Source of the DNA: a virus
Virus record (IMG/VR): IMGVR_UViG_3300025108_004281
Location: 28,050-92,049 of that record
Direction: 5' to 3' (one strand)
Length of the DNA: 64,000 nt
Part shown: positions 60,138 to 64,000 of the stretch, piece by piece
How the letters are laid out: each line of letters starts with the position of its first letter
Numbering within the stretch: the first letter of the stretch is position 1
Program-made: the position numbers and the translations under genes
The notes under the pieces: model-generated
Seen by the model: only the letters and a program-made list of their open reading frames with translations
The model's database searches: none
What the model was told of the DNA's origin: nothing

Positions 60138-60510
60138 GAAATACACACTAGAAGATAACTTTGGTACCACAGAAGAACTAGTAAGAAGTATGACTGAGTT
60201 CTTTACTGAGGAACTCTGCATAGGACATTACGATGCAATGATTAATGTAGTTCTACACGATGAAATCAAAGTAGAAGGCCTTGATGGATATTGCGAATGG
60301 GATCCCACAGACAAACTCATAGAAATACACATAGCAATGAAAGGTCCCGAATGGGGTGTAACACTTGCACATGAATTTGTACATGCAAAACAAAACCTAC
60401 AGTATGGTATAGCCAGTAACAACATGGTATTATCAGAACAAGAAGCATACGATATGGAATTTTTATTATATTACAGATGGAAAAAGGAGTACTACAGTGG
60501 CACAATCTAG
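60121..60510 (+). CDS. HExxH metallopeptidase-like protein
   Basis: LAHEFVHAKQ...EQEAY. Confidence 0.65.
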   Translation: MILTLEKYTLEDNFGTTEELVRSMTEFFTEELCIGHYDAMINVVLHDEIKVEGLDGYCEWDPTDKLIEIHIAMKGPEWGVTLAHEFVHAKQNLQYGIASNNMVLSEQEAYDMEFLLYYRWKKEYYSGTI

Positions 60511-61360
60511 ACTTTGGGTAGCAGGAGATAGTTTCGGTCTATTTGATAAAGATGATTCTAGGCCCAATTGGATTAGGATGTTAGGAGACCATTTAGGCGT
60601 AGATGAAATCAAAAACTATTCGCGTGGCGGTGCTGACAACGATATGATTTATTACGTTGCTGAAGCAATAATTAAAAATTGGAATTGGCCAGGTAGAAAT
60701 GAAGTAGAGTTCAATAAAGAAACAGATTATTTGTTATACTTGTCTACAACAAACACCAGAGGATGGATGCGAACAGACATATATGATGAAAGAAAATGGA
60801 ACCAAGAGATATCTATAGCGAACTTGGAATGGTGGATGCATGATTCTAACGGCAAAATGATTGAGGAGTACGACCAATTTCCTAAGCCACTTGTTTACGG
60901 TCAAAACTTTAATTCGCTATTACATGCCAGAGAAGACCATGCAGTATTACGGGGCAACAACAAAGATTTAGTTAATTGGGCACACCCTGATGCAATCAAG
61001 AACGACGTTAGCCGAGTTACTGACGAAGTTTTAGATATAATGGCTAATTATATGTTAGTCAACGATGTTGATTACACAAGAAAACTGAATAATGCTAGAA
61101 TGGAACATTTAATGTCACATCATGTGTCAAAAGGATATAAAACATTATTTGCACATCACGACTTGAACCCTGTGATAGCAGACTTTGATGCGTTAAATCA
61201 GTTTCCTGTTTTTGAACATCCAACAGACTTTGAAGATGAGGACGACGAAATCAAAGGGGAACAACCAAATCACTTAACAGACAAAAGTCATGTTAGGTTT
61301 TTTGAAACACATTTAAAGCAGAGGGTAGATGATATTATTAATACATGGGGCTGGAAGTAG
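60497..61360 (+). CDS. SGNH hydrolase-like protein
   Basis: AGDSFG, NYSRGGADN, PNHL. Confidence 0.65.
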   Translation: MAQSRLWVAGDSFGLFDKDDSRPNWIRMLGDHLGVDEIKNYSRGGADNDMIYYVAEAIIKNWNWPGRNEVEFNKETDYLLYLSTTNTRGWMRTDIYDERKWNQEISIANLEWWMHDSNGKMIEEYDQFPKPLVYGQNFNSLLHAREDHAVLRGNNKDLVNWAHPDAIKNDVSRVTDEVLDIMANYMLVNDVDYTRKLNNARMEHLMSHHVSKGYKTLFAHHDLNPVIADFDALNQFPVFEHPTDFEDEDDEIKGEQPNHLTDKSHVRFFETHLKQRVDDIINTWGWK

Positions 61361-61961
61361 CAGTAATTACTTTAATTACGTTAGCCTATGGTTAGACCAG
61401 GAACTACAAGCAATCGATTATGAAGTAGGCGATGATCACAATGCTATTTTCGATAAAATTCAAAGACCAGACGAAGTAACATATATTGTAGGCCACAGTT
61501 ATGGCGGACTGTTGGGTGCTGAATGGCTCAGCAAAGATACTCGCAACGTAAAAGGTTTATTAACTATAGCAACTCCATGGCAAGGCTCGCCCACAGCAAG
61601 AATATTGAATTGGTTCTTAAGTGATGCTGTATGGAATGACATGAAGCCAGGCAGTGAATTATTGAGAAAAATAAATGCAATTAACCTGTCAATACCTGTA
61701 AAGAACATAGTAGCAGTACCTGATAGAGGCAATGGATTAGCAGGTGGTGGTAAAAGTCAAAACGATGGCACCATACCTGTAGCAAGTGCAAGGGCATTAC
61801 CAAACGGTTTCAGTAAGTCAAAAACCATAGAATTGCCATATGGTCACAGTGAAATAATGCAGACATTTGATTTAGTAGAACAAATAAGAATGTTTGTAGA
61901 TAATCCATTAAAGGATTTATATCCTCCGCTACATTTAGAAGAAGTCAATAGAGGCTTTTAA
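61329..61961 (+). CDS. Alpha/beta hydrolase (lipase/esterase-like)
   Basis: IHGAG, GHSYGG, ATPWQGS, NDGTIP, GHSE. Confidence 0.85.
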   Translation: MILLIHGAGSSSNYFNYVSLWLDQELQAIDYEVGDDHNAIFDKIQRPDEVTYIVGHSYGGLLGAEWLSKDTRNVKGLLTIATPWQGSPTARILNWFLSDAVWNDMKPGSELLRKINAINLSIPVKNIVAVPDRGNGLAGGGKSQNDGTIPVASARALPNGFSKSKTIELPYGHSEIMQTFDLVEQIRMFVDNPLKDLYPPLHLEEVNRGF

Positions 61962-62033
61962 TTAATTTATTAATTAATTCAATAATTAATTCTAATATTT
62001 CAATAAACAATTAATTAATTATTAAATTAATTC
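61958..62033. repeat. Nearly pure A/T tract with TTAATT repeats between convergent genes
   Basis: About 75 nt with only about 5 C and no G on the plus strand. Confidence 0.7.
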
Positions 62034-63068
62034 AAAGTGTTTGTGTATTTGATTAGGATAATGTTTAATTAGATATTGATATACACTTTTATTGTGCTGT
62101 AATTCCCTAGCACATTCATCATAAAGCATTTCAAAGTCATTACCACTGTATTCATTTAAGTCAGCAACAAAACTATTCCAGCAATCATCTGATGTGCCTT
62201 CATCATGATCGCTACGCCATATAGGTAATGGCTCAAAGCCACAGCGAATTAATTCACCTAAATAACCTGTATGACCTAGTGTTCTAAACAATCTACCATG
62301 TGCTATGCTTCTAGCAGTCTTTTCTGTGAGTAACACACTCTGTGAATGTTGATTTCTGGGGAATGTTTCTGATATTATATCCATATGACTCTGTGAATAA
62401 ACACTTTCAGGCACCAAACAACTGATATCTATGATGTCGCCTTGTTGATAAACCTTACTGGGTTGGCCATTGTACACATGATCAATGTTGCAATTATGTC
62501 TGCTTTCACTGGTACCACTGTAAAAATCACTGACATCATAGTCAAGTGTGGTGCCATCTCTACCAGCATAATTAACCAATGCATTATATTCACACAACAC
62601 ATCTGCAATTTGATCTCTTATCTGTTTCTGTCTGCCCAATAAACAAGCAAAATCATAGTCACGTTCACCTGGTTCATAGTCATAATCCAACACAGGCAAA
62701 CGAGCAATCCAAGGTTGCCATGTGTGATGTACACCCAAACTTTTTACTTTGTCATGATGATTGCAGTGATATATTATGCTGTAATCTGATAACAGTTTCA
62801 ATATGGTTTCAGCATTAGCACGACTAGTGGCATGTGTGGGCCAAAACTCTTCTGTGCTGATCAATACCACATGATCTACACTGGCAACCATGTGCTGTAA
62901 GTCTGAAAACTGTGATTCTGATAACTGTAAACAAGCATACCAATCAACTATGCCTAATTTACCACTGTGACCCGTTATCACATCTGCGTTACCATAACTG
63001 TGATAACAGGTATTAATGCTGTTTTGAGTGGTTCCGCGTAGAGAACCTGGCGGGTAAAAGTATTGCAT
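62022..63068 (-). CDS. Glycosyltransferase-like protein
   Basis: DFACLLGR...R, IISET...LTEKT...GF...HN pattern seen in phage GT-like proteins. Confidence 0.45.
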   Translation of the reverse strand: MQYFYPPGSLRGTTQNSINTCYHSYGNADVITGHSGKLGIVDWYACLQLSESQFSDLQHMVASVDHVVLISTEEFWPTHATSRANAETILKLLSDYSIIYHCNHHDKVKSLGVHHTWQPWIARLPVLDYDYEPGERDYDFACLLGRQKQIRDQIADVLCEYNALVNYAGRDGTTLDYDVSDFYSGTSESRHNCNIDHVYNGQPSKVYQQGDIIDISCLVPESVYSQSHMDIISETFPRNQHSQSVLLTEKTARSIAHGRLFRTLGHTGYLGELIRCGFEPLPIWRSDHDEGTSDDCWNSFVADLNEYSGNDFEMLYDECARELQHNKSVYQYLIKHYPNQIHKHFELI

Positions 63069-63083
63069 ACCCTTATTTAACCT

Positions 63084-63296
63084 TTAACTTTTGCTTTTGT
63101 CCAAGTTAAATACACTTCTAGTTAAGCCACCAAACATTGGTGCAATGATTAATAGTGCGGCAATCATTAAGATGTCGCCTATTTGTTCGCCTGTTAAACC
63201 TGCAAAGTCTCTCAGTATGTATTCCACACTAAAGATAATTGCAAATAAAACTGTGAAAGCACCTACGCCGATTAATGTATTTTTAATAAATTCCAT
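63084..63296 (-). CDS. Small 2-TM membrane protein
   Basis: AGGAG SD before MEFIKN; sigma70-like promoter ~63332-63359. Confidence 0.65.
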   Translation of the reverse strand: MEFIKNTLIGVGAFTVLFAIIFSVEYILRDFAGLTGEQIGDILMIAALLIIAPMFGGLTRSVFNLDKSKS

Positions 63297-63368
63297 GTTT
63301 ACTCCTATGGGTTTTGTTAATAATGTATTTAATATACTGTATGTTGACGGAATGGTCAACCTATTTTT

Positions 63369-63932
63369 TTAGAAATTCTCTATTAATTGTCTTTGTGCCA
63401 GTCGCTTCTCTGCCAAATAATCTATGTTATTGTTTACATTAATAACAACATTGGTAGGTAAGAACACAAAACTCAATGCATTAGTGGGTATTTTTGCTTC
63501 TATGCCATCGCTTAACACTCGCAAATAAGGTTGCAGTTCACTATAACTGATAACAGCCATAGCATCTGCTTGTGATATTATATAGTAATCAGCAGGGTGT
63601 GGTAAACTATTATTAACATTATTACCCTGTGAATTCATTATTTTAACAGTAATAGAAGCCTTTGGATTACCTCTTGGAGTGTATAAACCGTTATTGGCAT
63701 ACTTGAATTCCACACTATAACCATTAACAGTATCACGATGATCTCTGCCTAAACCATCTACCCATTCAAACAATCCACCTGTGTATATGTCAAATGCCTG
63801 TTCAATTATGTCTGATTTATCGAATCTGTTCTTGCGACTGTTTAAACTGTTACCTAAACTAGTAATCAATGAACTGTATCTGTTTATATCCAGCACACCA
63901 CGTATATATTGTGCATATTGTGGTGTGGTCAT
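63369..63932 (-). CDS. Putative PD-(D/E)xK nuclease
   Basis: E...GRDH...VEFK...ADYY. Confidence 0.5.
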   Translation of the reverse strand: MTTPQYAQYIRGVLDINRYSSLITSLGNSLNSRKNRFDKSDIIEQAFDIYTGGLFEWVDGLGRDHRDTVNGYSVEFKYANNGLYTPRGNPKASITVKIMNSQGNNVNNSLPHPADYYIISQADAMAVISYSELQPYLRVLSDGIEAKIPTNALSFVFLPTNVVINVNNNIDYLAEKRLAQRQLIENF

Positions 63933-64000
63933 CAGTAATTAAGTGCCCAAATCACAGTTAATATCACACATAATGGTGCTAATAATATCCAAGGAGTTAT

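Overview
A 64-kb, AT-rich, densely coding segment of a large lytic dsDNA phage with T4-like transcription logic. It has host sigma70-type TTGAC-N16/17-TATAAT early promoters and (G/T)ATAAATA late promoters, uses the standard genetic code, and carries most genes on the minus strand. The host is probably an aquatic Gram-negative bacterium, inferred from the spanins, TorF-like porin, AOX and SufE. The window contains a replication/DNA-modification block (PolB, sliding clamp, TGT/DpdA-like base-exchange enzyme, glycosyltransferase-like gene, with an alternative oxidase inserted). It also has virion fibre genes including a collagen-like fibre, lysis genes, proteostasis genes (ClpA, ClpP, DnaJ, GroES-like), PhoH, a clamp loader, a DnaE fragment, NadE, six tRNAs, and many dispersed tailoring enzymes (2OG-Fe(II) oxygenases, B12-radical SAM, sulfotransferase-like, SGNH). 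Highlights not in the ORF track: (i) tandem glnA-type glutamine riboswitches upstream of an unannotated 51-aa YRG-motif peptide, near a TorF-like porin; (ii) a TFxSLF C-terminal motif shared by PolB and the TGT-like enzyme, suggesting clamp-tethered DNA base exchange; (iii) ten genes with an exact TAAATA-N5-ATG, probably leaderless, architecture; (iv) an ACP lacking its phosphopantetheine serine; (v) ORF stop codons inside tRNA 5' ends; (vi) several structured leaders and a candidate sRNA. All family assignments are motif-based by eye; no database searches were run.
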